Source of the DNA: Hypanus sabinus
Lineage: Eukaryota
Length of the DNA: 64,000 nucleotides
Assembly: GCF_030144855.1 (NCBI RefSeq)
Contig: NC_082722.1
Coordinates: 26,660,001-26,724,000, forward strand
Reading direction: 5' to 3'
Part shown: piece by piece, positions 38,638-51,790 of the stretch
How positions within the stretch are numbered: the stretch's first letter is position 1
Layout: each line of letters opens with the position of its first letter
Program-made: the position numbers and the translations under genes
The notes under the pieces: model-generated
What the model was told of the DNA's origin: nothing
The model's database searches: none
Seen by the model: the letters and a program-made list of their open reading frames with translations, nothing else

Positions 38638-38799
38638 GTTACATTCCATTTTGAGCAAACTAAAAGTGAAAAACAAAACTCTGGTCGTTGAATATTGATC
38701 CAACAAAAAATTTAGATCTCACTATAATCCCTTCAAAGACTTTTTATGAGAAAGTTTAAATAGTTTAATAACGCTTCAAGAGTTCTGCAGTGACCATAA

Positions 38800-39640
38800 G
38801 TCTCTGAGAACAGGAGCAGAATTAGGAAAATTAGTTTTTCCATTCTGCTGCGCCGTTGAATCCAGGTTGTTATTTTTCAATCCCATTCTCCCGTGTTCCC
38901 CTCGTAACCTTTAAATGCCTTACCAGTCAAGAACATTTCAATCTCTGCCTTAAATACGTCTAAAAACCTGGCCCCCGCAGCCTTCTCTGGCAGCGAATTC
39001 CACAGATTCAGCACCCTCTTACGGAAAAAAAATCTTGTTAATTCCAAGGAATATCCCTTCAATGTACATGTGTAATATTTGTTCCTAGGCTCTGCTACAA
39101 AACGGAAATACCCCGCCCCGTCTACTCCTCATGGGCTTCTCAGTATCTGGCATGTTTCATTGAGATCACGTATGCCATCGCAACTCATATGAAGAGCGTT
39201 TGATCGCACTGGCTCTACATTAACTAGAATTCACAAGAATCAGGGGTAACTTTATAGAAGCCTCTCAGGCAGTGAAGGATTTTGATAGAGTGAAAATGGA
39301 CAGGATGTCTCCTATGATGGGAAAGTCTGCAACGAGAGGACACAACCTGAAAATAGAGGGGCGTCCTTTTAGAATGGAGATGAGGAGAAATGTCTTCAGC
39401 TAGAGAGTGGCTAATCTAGCCAAATATTTACTACAGGTAGCTGTGAATGCAACGTCTTTATGCATATTTAAGGTAAAGGTTGATAGAGTTCTTCATTGGT
39501 CATGAAGGGTTATGGGGAGGAGGCAGAATATTGGAACTCAGAGGAAAATTGGATGATCCTTGATGAAATGACTTTGGAGGCTCAATGGGCTAAATGGCAT
39601 AATTCAAGTCCTATATCTTGTGGTTCTATGATCTTATGAA
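38800..39640. mobile_element. Two CR1 3' fragments (minus strand about 38800-39230, plus strand about 39270-39640)
   Basis: ORF 38877-39062 (FFRKRVLNLWNSLPEKA..FKAEI) and gaatggagatgaggagaaat..agagagtgg. Confidence 0.65.
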
Positions 39641-40224
39641 AGCCATCTACTGCAGGCACAGTGACATCCAACGCCCCTCGCTGTTAATCCCTTTATTTTG
39701 GGAACATTTTCTTGAAGCTCCCGTGACCCTTTCCAGCTGCAGGACATCTTTCCTTCAATACCGGACAAAGTAACTCACAATATTACAAATGTGGATCACC
39801 AACACCTTATAAGGCGTCAGCAGTTAGCTTGCATTCAACAGGCTACTTTGGTAATTTAAAATTTTAGGCAAGGCATCATAATCACGAAATAAAGGGGGTG
39901 TAACCTGGAAAGCAAATATAAATAATTGGGGCATCATCGATGTGAAGAAATGTTTTAATGCTATTGCCGCCAAGAATTAACAGTATTTCTCAAGCAGAAG
40001 GATATAGTCTACGCCATTTGTAAGTTGCCTAATGATAAATCACAGTTTATTTCAATTTGGGGGGCAGGCTGGCTTATACAACATACAATTTATAATCAAT
40101 CCCTGTAAAATATCCTCTTGAAATTCCATAAATTCCAGCAGAGAGAAAATCCGGTGACTACCACCCGCCATGTTGTAAGTTACAGTTCTCGTGCAAATAT
40201 AACTGAAAGGAAGTTATGTTAAAA

Positions 40225-40540
40225 AGGCCACATTAGCAGAACGGTTAGCGTGATTCTGTCACATTGCAGGGCATTCCGCAGTTTGTGGTTAAATTCTGGC
40301 GCTTTTTTAAAGGAATTTGCACGTTCTCCCCGTGAACCACGCGACACTCCTCAGGCTGCTCCGGTTTCATCCGACAGTCTGAAGACGAATCAGTTAGTCG
40401 GATCATCCTTCATTGTAAATTCTCCTGTGATTAGACTGGATTTCAGTACGTTGGTTGCTAGCAGGGCTGCTCATTGGACGGGAAGGATCTCTTCTGTGCT
40501 GAATCTTTCAGCAAATAAATTAAACACAGAACAAAGTTAA
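40225..40540 (+). mobile_element. V-SINE-like tRNA-derived SINE
   Basis: Core ttgcacgttctccccgtga....ctcctcaggctgctccggtttcatcc. Confidence 0.6.
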
Positions 40541-41082
40541 AAAATGCTGCCTATCTCAGTATATCCTTCTTCTACCTTTAAGATGGTGCTAAAGATAAAA
40601 TAGGTTGTTACCTGCTTTACGCCAACGAATTGGCTAAAATTTATAAAACAATCCTACATATCGTGGGGGGGGGGGAGAGGGCGCACAGATAAATCTTTGA
40701 AAACAGAATTGCTGTGCAATCCACACTTCCACTCGAGTAAAACAAAGGAAAACATGAGCAGGACAATTACCAATCTCGGAAAAAATGTCTAATGTTATTC
40801 CACTGCACATTGTTTTTGATTTCATTTTTTCTAACTGGATGAGTCTTCTATAAACTGTTGCTTTCGTGTGAATATATATTTCCTGTATTGTGTCCCTCAA
40901 ATTAAATTTCAGATGATTTACGTCTCTGTCTAATTATTGATATAAAAAGACTTGTCAATGTTAATGTGCACTACCCAGTCAATGCTAGTAAGTATTGCAC
41001 AGCTACTCTTAATTTTAAATATTCTTTGTTAGATTTTAATTTAAGTTTTGTTGAGTACTATTCCTACCACAGTTTATTTTAG

Positions 41083-41211
41083 CCTAACAACGCGGCTACC
41101 AAAATTGCTGTTCCTCAGATCAGTTCGGAGGAACACTTCAAGAAAGGGAGTTTGCTCAGAAGACGCATCTCGTACGTGAGAATATCCAATAAGCTATCCT
41201 CGTGCAAATGA
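41083..41211 (+). CDS. Copy C terminal tail exon with ITIM ISYVRI
   Basis: tttattttag| PNNAATKIAVPQISSEEHFKKGSLLRRRISYVRISNKLSSCK*. The Tyr lies 18 residues after QI, exactly as in the copy A tail. AATAAA at 41341. Confidence 0.55.
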   Translation, partial: PNNAATKIAVPQISSEEHFKKGSLLRRRISYVRISNKLSSCK

Positions 41212-41499
41212 ACTATTTGAAAGGGAATACTTAAATTATGGAAGATAAGTGTGCATAATGAAGCGATACCAGGTTGGAAAAGCAGTACCATCAAATGTCA
41301 ACTCATGTAAGCTTTCCTGCGATGTGCAAGCAACGATTTAAATAAATGTTCCATAATGATCGGATGCTAACGGGGAATAAAATGGAACAGTCGGTAGAAA
41401 AGCTGCAGAGCATTGCAATGGCAACGTGAATTTTTCATAGGAAACATCAATGATTACTCAGCGCAGGATATCTGGCTGCTTGCATGCGTTGGCTCCTAT

Positions 41500-43330
41500 G
41501 GTAATTACATAATACAATTAATAGTAATAATAATACCCATTAACGTATTCTTCTGGCATACTATATTGGATCGAAGCCCATCTGAAAAATTTGCAAAGAA
41601 AAGTAAAAATTAAAATTAAAAATTTTACAAAACACAATGTACATTTGAACGTGCTTAGATTAACTCTAACTAGGACAGAAGGGGGAGGAGTAATAACATA
41701 CATAAATAAACTTTGTACAACAGTTAGAAAAAAACATTCAAGGATATTTTTCATTAATTGAAACAAGATTCAACACTCCAGGCAAGCACATGTAGTTCTG
41801 ATAAGAAAAACACACCATTAAAATGAAATTAAAGCAACAAACAGAAAAATGTAGAAATTATCACTCCAGAAAAAAACTTAACCAATATGACCGTCCTTGC
41901 CACACATCCCCAGGATTTGGGCAGATTAGCCGTCATCAAGGAAGCGTCGAATGCCTGGCTCAGAGTTGGAGACCTCTTCTCAGAACAAACTGGTTCACTG
42001 TGGCATACAGAACCATGAGGATAACACAACAAATGATATAAATACAGAATAAAAACCACAGAAAATTGTAAGGTGATGCATGCAGTAAGGCCGAGAGAAG
42101 CCAGAAACAATCCATCTCATTATAGGACCTAGCTGCAGTTAAAGCCAATCCGATTACTCAGACAGGCACAATTAAGTGGCAAGCATTCTTTACTAAAATC
42201 TTACTTTAAATTTCAAGCTCAGAAGTGGAAAGATACTTTGTGATAAATCCGTGTCTGGTTCAGTTTGAGTCTCACAAGCAATAATACAACTCATCCATTA
42301 TTACAGATGGGACAATTTATAATAACCTTTCGTATATAAATATGACTGGATAAACAGGCAAAAAGAACCTATTTACTAGATATAGACAGTCCAAAGACAC
42401 ACAATATAAGAAATTAACGAGTGAAAATCAACTGAAATTAAAAGGCTATGGAACATGAACAGGGTTATCCTTGTCCAAATAGTGATATCTACAACTGATA
42501 TCATCCCAAAATCATAACGTAAAAGCATTACACTATCAGGTCTACTTAGCAGTATTTATAGAAATCTCCAGAAAGCCACAATTCTAAACACCAGTTTGAC
42601 TTTTGCTAGCAGTTGAGAAATTGGCTTGTTTGACTTTACCAACTCGAAATAATAATAAAAATATTACTTTGCCTGAGTTTGGTGATTATAAGTTTGAAGC
42701 ACAGGGGCACCTGAATAAAGGTAGGTCCTGAGCCCTGGACGATAGATGACAAGGAAATGCCGCGTGCTACACAACACAGTTTTGGAGAAACGTTGTTAAT
42801 GCAAGATGAATGTAAAAGGAACATTCAGCAATGGCTGCCTTCGTTTAGAGATGGTATTGTAACAGAAATCTAGATTTGGGGACCTGCTGTGTTCGAGCAA
42901 GTAAAATGTCTTTATAATTCAGAAACATTCGGGACACTGTCATTGAGAATATGCGATGATTGGTCGACTTTACTGGCTATTGTGCTGGGAAGGCAATTGT
43001 ATTGAACATTTTCAAAAAAGGTGTTGCAGTCCGAGTAGATGCAGAGGGAATGTCTGCCTTTGTGCTTCTTTGTGCACTCCTGCCCAAGAAGACATTACTG
43101 GGGTACTGTATATGCGTGCCAATGTGGATGACAAATTCCTAGAATTCTACGTGATTGGTTATGTTTTGTGTATGCGACCCGTTTATCTGAAATCCACGCA
43201 CTCACCAACCCACACTACCATGTAGTGAAACAAAACAAGGATTTTATAATTGTCATCCATCCTTTCAAACCTCTCTGTGCTTTTGTCCTCCCGATGTTTT
43301 ATCCTTTATATTAGGCCCAGAGCTAAAAGT
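41500..43330 (-). mobile_element. Heavily degraded L1/Tx1-like LINE ORF2 3' part
   Basis: The reverse complement shows fragmentary Cys/His-rich C-terminal and RT-end-like segments; no open frame. Confidence 0.3.
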
Positions 43331-45299
43331 ATACCTCGGCTGATTTGCAATGTACCCCATTCCCCAACCCGAAATTATCGTCTCTTTTCCAAGGCGAACA
43401 ACGCCGAACGTTAACTCTGGAATTTAGGGTTTTTCTTGTTTTTTGTACTCCTTTTGGTAACCTAACATTTCTGGGTGTTTAACATTGTTAACATTTAAAA
43501 TCTGTTTTGTCATATTATCTGAAGTGTTCAGAATCAGAACGTGTTTAGAATACTTTATTGCTCTGCCCCATCAACATATGGTAACGATTTTAAAAGTATA
43601 TCAATATTAGCGTTCATGCCGCATGGATGGGACCTATTGTGCAATAATGCGGTTATGTGCATTTGTGTTTCCTTTGTTCTGACTTGATGGAAATGTAAAT
43701 TATTTGTCGGAAGAGGCACCTGTGTTGCACGTGAAACGCGATTTCTAATCCTCAAATGTGAACTTTTCTAACTTTGCATTGACAAGATGCAGCCAGTACA
43801 GATGTATTTGCTAAACGAGAGCACACACAGTAACTGCACTCACAGTAAGCTGGTGACATCATGGAAACTCCATGCGGTCAGAAGCTTCACCGCCTCAGGC
43901 GAGTAAGTTGCAGATACCCAGGTCATCGCGCTTATCACTTAGTTGAAAAGCAAGAAAGTTATTTTAAGAAAATTACTTGTAAAGCTATTTCTGAGAAGTA
44001 TGTGTTCCTTTACTCACAATATGTCATTCAAAAGCAACAGATGTATATCAACTATTTCTATATCAGACAAATACATCTTTAAAATTTTCCAGTATTTTTC
44101 TAAGAACATCGAATATTTACAATTTGTGATCCTAAGCAGGATAAAATTTATAAACACATGATATTCTGCTGATAAGGAAAGTCCAGAGCTACAGAACGTT
44201 TAACGCTGAAGGAACTCAGCACTTCAGGCGGCACCTATGAAATGAATAAACAGTCGACATTTCAAAATAAGACCGTTCTTCAGAACTGGAATGGACAAAA
44301 TAAAGTCAATGCCAGGAGATAAATACTCTTTTAATCCGCCAAACAAATGCATCCTGAAAACGTCCAGCCGGAAAATTTGTCGATGATTTCCAGTGAAAGC
44401 AGTTGCCTCTCAGAATTTAGGGGATATAACCTAAGGTTATGATAAAATGCTGAGAAGGACAAATTGCTTTGAATGTAAGCAAAGTTGGAGGTCCAATCAT
44501 GGCAGAGAGTCGTATGGTTATCTTCACAATCGACTGTATGCAAAAAGTAAGTAAAGAGCTTGAGGTAGATTTTGGAACCAGTACCGATTAAGTTGCTGAA
44601 AGCACAATGTAACCTCAGACTGGAAAATACACACTTTAGATGAGAGGGCATATAATTCACAAAATATAAAGGTGGATGCCGTACATAAAACACAATATTA
44701 GAATAACAGGTACTGCTGCACACGTTCAGAAAGTACTTCAGGCGATCTTACTTTGGGAAACAAAATCGATTTGCATTATGACACAATATTCATCGGTAGG
44801 CTCATGGATTCCCCTCAACCCCTTTCCTTCAAGTGTCAGCATAACTCTTTGATAAGACGTGAGAATCAAACCAATTTGTTGCGACGAAACGGTGTCTTTA
44901 GTTTTCTAAATTGTTGAATTAGTAGCAGAAGTACTGCAATAAGCGAATTAAATAACATGTTAATTCTGAAGAATCTTAGAACTTATCTTAACATAATGAA
45001 GCCATTCTGGCTGCATGAGATATTCATTGCGAAACTTTGCAATGAATGTTTTAACTTTCCTCTGGAACGTGCTTTCTACATTTGGCGGAATTACAAGTGA
45101 CTTCTCAGTTTGAAGTGACTCTGCAAAAATGTGGAACGTGCACATTATTGTAGGAATTTTTGCAGATATTCGTATATTGCTACATATATTTGATTTTAAA
45201 ATACTTCACATTGTGAAAATAAACATTTTAAATGTAAATCCTATATTTTTTTACGGAATTTCACTAATTAAAGAGCTTTCGAATCTAAATGTTCGAAAA

Positions 45300-46426
45300 A
45301 AATAACTGGTTTCAGCCGTTCACCAATGTTACCCCTCCGCACGATCAACATTATCTCTGCTTTACTTTCAGGGTCTGTGTTTGACGATGGTTGATGACTT
45401 AACTGAAACTAAGTTTTAAATTCAAAATGGAAGAAAACGGGAAAATCTAAATCTACTCAATCCATAAATAGCGTCACAAATAATTTTATAGCCAGATAAT
45501 GCCTTCAAAGCTGCAAGTCTACCTCGCCTTCAGGTTATTCCCAAAATGACCAAATTTACTGCAAATCAGGAAGAAATTGTATATGTGAGTATGCAGATGG
45601 AAGATCATAGTGATTTAGGAGACTGATGCTAATCATTTCCACACCTGGATCCACCTATTACGGTCCATCTCTAACTCATCTGCAAAAGCAGAATTATTGG
45701 GTTCAAGACTAGACGGATGAAATATGCTGTCTCTAGGTACAAGAACTTCCGTGAATGTTTTCGATATCTGTCAGAGATGTTTCCCATGAAATCAGATTCC
45801 AAAATTAAGGACGGTATTTTCTGTTGGTCCGCATATCAAATAGGTCATCAATGGCAGCCCGTTCGAAAATCGTCTAGTGGAACCGGAGAACATCGCGTGG
45901 AAGGCATTCATGGACGTCCTTGCAAAATTAATTGGCAACTACAGAGCATCAAACTACGTGCAGCTGATTGATAACATACATCAAGCATACTAAACCATGA
46001 AATACACCATGTCAGTAAGAATTCATTTTCTGCATTCCCATTTAGTCTTCTATGCAGATCTTGGTGCTGTTCATAAGGAGCATTGTGAAAGGATTCAAAA
46101 GGAGTTTGTGGTCAATAAAAAATGGTATCAAGGTAGTTGGAATGCACAAATGCTGGTGGACTACTGTTGGACACTTATGCAAGAAGCCTCAGGCATTGAA
46201 AACAAACGAAAATCTTCAGAAAATAATTCAGCTTAGTTGAATTATTGCCAGGCGTCATTACCATTATACATTTAAACGTTTTATATTTAATAAAACTTTA
46301 TGCCTTTTTCGCCAATTTTCTACCTGATACACGCAATGAGATATTATCCTTGTATTCAATGTCAAGCAGTCTATCTTAATCACATCTGAAGAAGCAACAC
46401 TTAGGAAAAAACTTTGCTATCTAGTG
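45300..46426 (+). mobile_element. DNA transposon remnant, Chapaev3-like transposase
   Basis: AELLGSRL.., SKIKDGIF, MSVRIHFLHSHL..ADLGAVHKEHCER...KWYQGSWNAQMLVDYCWTL (ORFs 45717-45971, 45997-46236); ends in ...tagtg. Confidence 0.6.
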
Positions 46427-46790
46427 GTTCCATCCATCCACGGGACAAATATTTCACACAAAGCCATCCCCGTCCCCATCTGGCCCGAGATCCATCTGCC
46501 CTTCATCTCTCCTCTAATGGTCCCCATTATCTCTCTCCTTTATTTGTTAGATTCCAGAACTGGTAGCCTTTGCCTTTCTGCTTATCACCCTCCAGAATCT
46601 GTATCTAGCTTAATCTACCCAAGCAACACACACAAAATGCCTGTGGAACTCAGCAGGCCAGGCAGTATCTATAGGAAGAAACAGTGTCGATGTTTCGGAC
46701 CGAGACCCTTGAGCCTGGCCTTCTGTTTTCAAACAACATTTTGTGTATGTTGTTTGAATTTCCAGCATCTGCAGATTTCCTCGTGTTTGA
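46424..46790. mobile_element. Penelope-like fragment with inverted terminal repeat
   Basis: agcaacacacacaaaatgc..ctcagcaggccaggcag and ..ttgtgtatgttgtttgaatttccagcatctgcag. Confidence 0.65.
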
Positions 46791-48740
46791 TCTCCCCTAC
46801 CCTCCGTTCACCTCTGTTGTCTCAGCAGTTGAAAGTTGTTCCAAATGGCATACGCATTTCGCGGATCATTTACACCTGTGGGGATTTACACCTCACGGAT
46901 TATGGTAGAATCAGAAAAGGAATAAAATTCCATTATCAAGGAATATTAAGTATCATAATAATTATAATAAGTATCATATTAAGTATCCTAATAGAACAGA
47001 TAACAAAAAGACAAATGGTTCAACTTGTTGAACTATTGAATATGGAATGTCTGGAATATCCAGCATATCAGGTTAGCATGTACACGCAGATCAACAGAAT
47101 TAACACTTCAATTTTCATTCTTTTCTCAGAACTGTGTTTCTGTGCTTATAAACCCACATTCATGAATTATGAATCCAAGGAATTAAATTAAGATCGAAAT
47201 AAATGAGTTCTTTATTGTGTTTTCCTCTCCTATTTTATTTGTCCATTTGAAAGGCCAGCTGTTCTTGTTCAAGTCCGACGAAGTTTCATATCCTCTAAAG
47301 ACAGATAAATTTTCACTTCCTGTTTATATTTCACTAATGAGAACATTTGCATGCGAGCCTTTGCATGTTTTCTATAAAAAAGATGATCGTAGTAGAATTT
47401 TAATTCATCTATCAGTTTACTACGGAAACATTTGTACCTAGTGTTTATGGGAACTAGTACGCTACCTGAGAATTGAATTACACTCGTTAGACTGCTGGTG
47501 ACATCACGGAGAATGTGCGGTCAATGATTTCTTATCTCTGAAGCCCGTATGTAGCAAACAACTCGTGTTATCACACTTGACGTTTAACAGTAAGTCAATA
47601 ACTTTCATGTAAGTAACTTATTTGATATCTTCCTTCCGTCAGCTAAGTGTTTTTAAAGTTATACTGCAACGTCTGTACTTCCTGTTTCGGTTCCGTGTTC
47701 CTTCTGGAATTAAATAAACGAAACAATTCCTAAAAACAGCTAAATCGCTGATATTTATGTGTGAGTCATTCTCTGAGAGCACTGAGTGCAAACCAATTAC
47801 TTTGCCGATTAAAAAAAACATTGTAAACCGATGTCAGGGGGAAAACATTCTCCTTTCTGATTAATTAAATGAGCGACCGCAGCAAGCAGATATTCAGTTT
47901 AATTTGACAACGTGTTCGCGACAAACAACTTGGCCAAAAGTCACATTCCTGTGCTGTACTCGTCCATTGTTGTACTAAAAACAATGTTAAGGGAACAAGG
48001 AACAGGTAGACGGCAATACATGAAGTTGCAATGTCGAGAATTGTCTTTTTATCTAAAGCTTTCAATGATAATTTTAAAGACTCGAATGAAAAGTAAAGTC
48101 ATGTCGTTTTGTATTCGGTTTATATCGTTAGATCATTAATTGGAAAGCAGGGTAATTAATATAAAACAGTATTGCAGATGTTTGTAATCCGAAATTAAGC
48201 AGCAAACATCGGGAACCGTCTTTGAAAAGGAGAAAATACAAATAATTTCTCTTCATTATCTCGTGAAAATTACCGACTTGAAGTCGATAATTGTTTCTCT
48301 CGGCAGACACTTTGTGGCTTGCTCACTGTTTCCTACGTCTTCCACGCAATAGCAGCAAACAGTAGCTTTAATTTTACAGACAACTAACTCCAATTCAGCT
48401 CCTTATTACCCATCAAAGAATAATGAGCATTCAGGTGAAACATTTATCCTAAAAGAACTTTGTTGAAAACATTTCGGAATATGTTTGTAATGAAGGCAAA
48501 GACATTTTAAGGCGCGATATTACGAAGGATTACCTCGTACGAGGTATAAAATTGTCTCAGTAATTAAAAATCTAGATTTACAGTCAATCCTTTGGCCTAA
48601 CCGGAGCTCTGCTGACCATTTAGAAACATCCTGCTTATTTCTGAGATTGTCATGTATTCAAGCATTTGAAATTAAAACAAACAATAAATTAAATGCTTAA
48701 AAAAGAACACAAGAAGAAAAAGGACAAAAACAAAAAAAAA

Positions 48741-49889
48741 TCAATCTGAGTACCGGTGCCCCACAAGGCTGTGTACACAGCCCCCTGCTGTACTCACTGT
48801 GCACCCATGATTGTGTAGCCAAGTTTCCATCAAAATCACTATATATGTTTGCTCATGACACCACAATTGCAGGCCATATCTTGGGTCTGAGTACAGAGAG
48901 GAAATTAAGAATCTGGTGGCATGGTGCGAAGACAATAACCTATCCCTCAACGTCAGCAAGACAAAGGAATTGGTCGTTGACTTCAGAAGCAGTAGCGGAC
49001 TGCACAATGATGTGTAATGATGTAATGATGATTCTGAGTACAGAGAGGAAATTAAGAGCCTGGTGTCATGGTGCGAAGGCAATAACCTATCCCTCAATGT
49101 AAGCAAGAAGAAGGAATTTGTTGTTGACTTCAGAAGGAGTAGCGGAATGTACATCCCCATCTACATCGGTGGTGCGCACGTGGAACATGTCAAAAGCTTT
49201 AAGTTCCTCGGGCTGAATATCACAAATGACCTGACTTGGTCTAACCAAGCAGAGTCCACTGCCAAGAAGGCCCACCAGCGCCTTTACTTCCTGAGAAAGC
49301 TGAAGAAATTTGGCTTGTCCCATAAAACCCTCATTATTTTTATAGGTGCTCCGTAGAAAGCATTCTTCTAGCGTGCATCAGAACCTGATATGGAAGATGT
49401 CCTGTCCAAGATCGGAAGAAGCTGCAGAAGATAGTGAACATAGCCCAGCACATCACACCAACCAATCTTCCATCCTTGGACTCACTTTATGCCGCACACT
49501 GTCGGAGCAGTGGTGCCAGGATAATCAAGGACATGACCCACCCAGCCAATACAATTCTTGTCCCATTTCCCTCTGGGAGAAGGTTCAGGAACACGATGAT
49601 TCGTACGGCCAGATTTGGGAACAGTTTCTTTCCAAATGCGATAAGACTGCTGAACACATCCTGACTCAGATCTAGGCCGTACCTTCCAAATATCTGGAAC
49701 TGACTTGCACTTCCTTACTTTCCCTTTTCTATTTTCTAATTATGATTTATAATTTAAATTTTATTATACGTATTTCGATTTTTACTTCAGGGAGCGCGAA
49801 GCGCAGAAACAAATATCACTATGATGATTGTACGCTCGAGTACCAATTGTTTGGTGACAATAAAGTAAAGTAAAGTAAAGTAAAGTAAA
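48741..49889 (+). mobile_element. Rex1/Babar-like LINE, 5'-truncated, with (TAAAG)n tail
   Basis: PQGCV.SPLLYSL, ORF 49063-49356 (LSLNVSK.KE.VVDFR..FKFLG..KKAHQRLYFLRKLKKFG), aataaagtaaagtaaag tail. Confidence 0.85.
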
Positions 49890-50200
49890 AGGCTCACTGC
49901 CAAGGCGGGAATGGCTCTTCCGAGAAGCCATAGTTTTAAAGTGTTTCGAAGCAGCTACAGAGGAGATGTCAGAGGTAAAGTTTTTACACAGAGAGTGCTG
50001 AGAGCGTGGAAAGAACTGCGGCGTCAGTGGTGGAGACGGACACAATAGGGTCTTTTAAGAGACTATTGGATGGCTACATGGAGCTTAGAAAAATATTGGG
50101 CTATGGGTTACGCCTGGTAATTTCTAAGATAATGGCATGTTCGGTACAGCTTTGTGGGCCGCAGTTCGTGCATTGTGCTGCAGGTTTTCCTTCTTTCTAA
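49890..50200 (+). mobile_element. CR1 3' end fragment
   Basis: tttttacacagagagt..gtggtggagacggacacaatagggtcttttaagagact. Confidence 0.7.
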
Positions 50201-51484
50201 GTGTCTTATACTTTCCTGTGCTTTTCCGCCCCAGTTGAAGCTCAACAAATTTATGGTATGCTGTTAAAAGTACACAGCTGTAGGGTTTAGCTCTAAGGCA
50301 TTTAAAACTAAAAATGTATCGGCAATTTTATTCAATTGTTACCTAAGTGATACCACGACAGTTCTAACCGTGCTCAAACGAGGCCATTTTTTATCAACCA
50401 ACTTGTTTTTAAGTGCTTAGTAATCGGTCCAACTTACTGCTCCATTCTTACGCACTATGAAGAATCGACTAATGGAGGACAGTGAGTGGTCATGGGGAAC
50501 TAATCACAGTACGCTCATCTTTAGGATTTATGTATCGAGAAGAAAGAATATCTGAAAATCAAGTCAGAAATCTCGACGAAAACTTACCTTCTTGAAATTG
50601 TGTTTCCTGCCGCAGACAAATTTTTGTATTCGGCATCACAAATTGTCTGTAACGTAAAACTAAGTTGTCTTTCATTAGAATAGTCTCCAGATCCACAGCA
50701 AAATAATGTCCATATCTTCTCCCTGCTAAACTCCTCAACAAACGTCTGTGTGATCCAATTGACAAAATATGTGTTACCTATGAACAGATTTAGGTCCAAA
50801 GCAGCCACATAATTTCAGATCTGAGAGGACGGAAAATACAATGTAATAATGGTGTCAAAGCTCCTATGAAAAGTGCATAACACCCCAACCGCTTCGTGGA
50901 AATTCGGAAACATATCTGCTCAAAATATCGAGGCGTTTGACATGACAAACGAAATCTTAACTCCGTTAGTAGCAAGCACTTGGAAGCTCAGTATTGTATT
51001 TTCGCCAACCAAAATGGGTTTGAATATTCAGTGTTGTCATTTTATAACTGGATAACAATTTATGCCCTGCCAGGTTCGACACATGGGTGTGTGATAATCC
51101 TTACTTTTTCTGTATCTGGTTAAATATGTTTTTTTGTTTTTGTTTTTTTTTTGCTCGATGGACTGTCGTATTGTCTGCCGTTTACTTTGTGGAAATGTAG
51201 GAGATATTTGAAAGAACAGCATTTCCCGCAAAGCAAATGCTCGTGCTGATTGGATTTAAAATGGATTCTCGGAACTGCAGTCAATGATTTGAGATCTCCT
51301 CGATGCGCCCTTTGTAGAATTTATCGCAGTTTTGAACTTATAACTTACTGTTTGAGCTCTAAGCTCTCTCTTTATGTGATCAACGTCCTATTTCTATCTC
51401 ACACAGCATTTGCTGCTGCATTTCGCTGATTCATTTGTGCGAGCGGATCACAGCAGCGAGTCAGGAACCTGAGTGTGATGAGCG

Positions 51485-51790
51485 GAAACACGAGAAAATC
51501 TGCAGATGCTGAAAATTCAAGCAACACGGTGTCAGGGCCATGATCATCTCCCTCTCCAGATGTGTATCCTTTTGCCAAACAACTTTCCAGCTCTTAGCTT
51601 AATCCCTCCCCCTCCTGTCTACTCCCATCATTTCGGATCTCCCCCTCCCTCTCCCACTTTCGAATCTCTTACTATCTCTTCTTTCAGTTAGTCCCGACGA
51701 AGGGTCTCGGCCCGAAACTTCGACTGTACTTCTTCCTATAGATGCTGCCTGGCCTGCTGCGTTCCACCAGCATTTTCTACGTGTTGCCTT
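51485..51790. mobile_element. Penelope-like terminal repeats in inverted arrangement
   Basis: aaacacgagaaaatctgcagatgctg.. and gacgaagggtctcggcccgaaac..gatgctgcctggcctgctgcgttccaccagc. Confidence 0.75.

Noticed and set aside
44457-44551. Open frame ending at a strong donor aa|gtaagt (..SYGYLHNRLYAK)
   Set aside because: No convincing acceptor, no homology to family exons and no compatible downstream exon.
50559-50975. Minus-strand ORFs ending near a strong donor (ag|gtaagt at about 50583), with a vague ED.GHYF Ig-like trace
   Set aside because: Needs several frameshifts to resemble an Ig domain, the spacing to the donor is wrong, and no partner exons were found.
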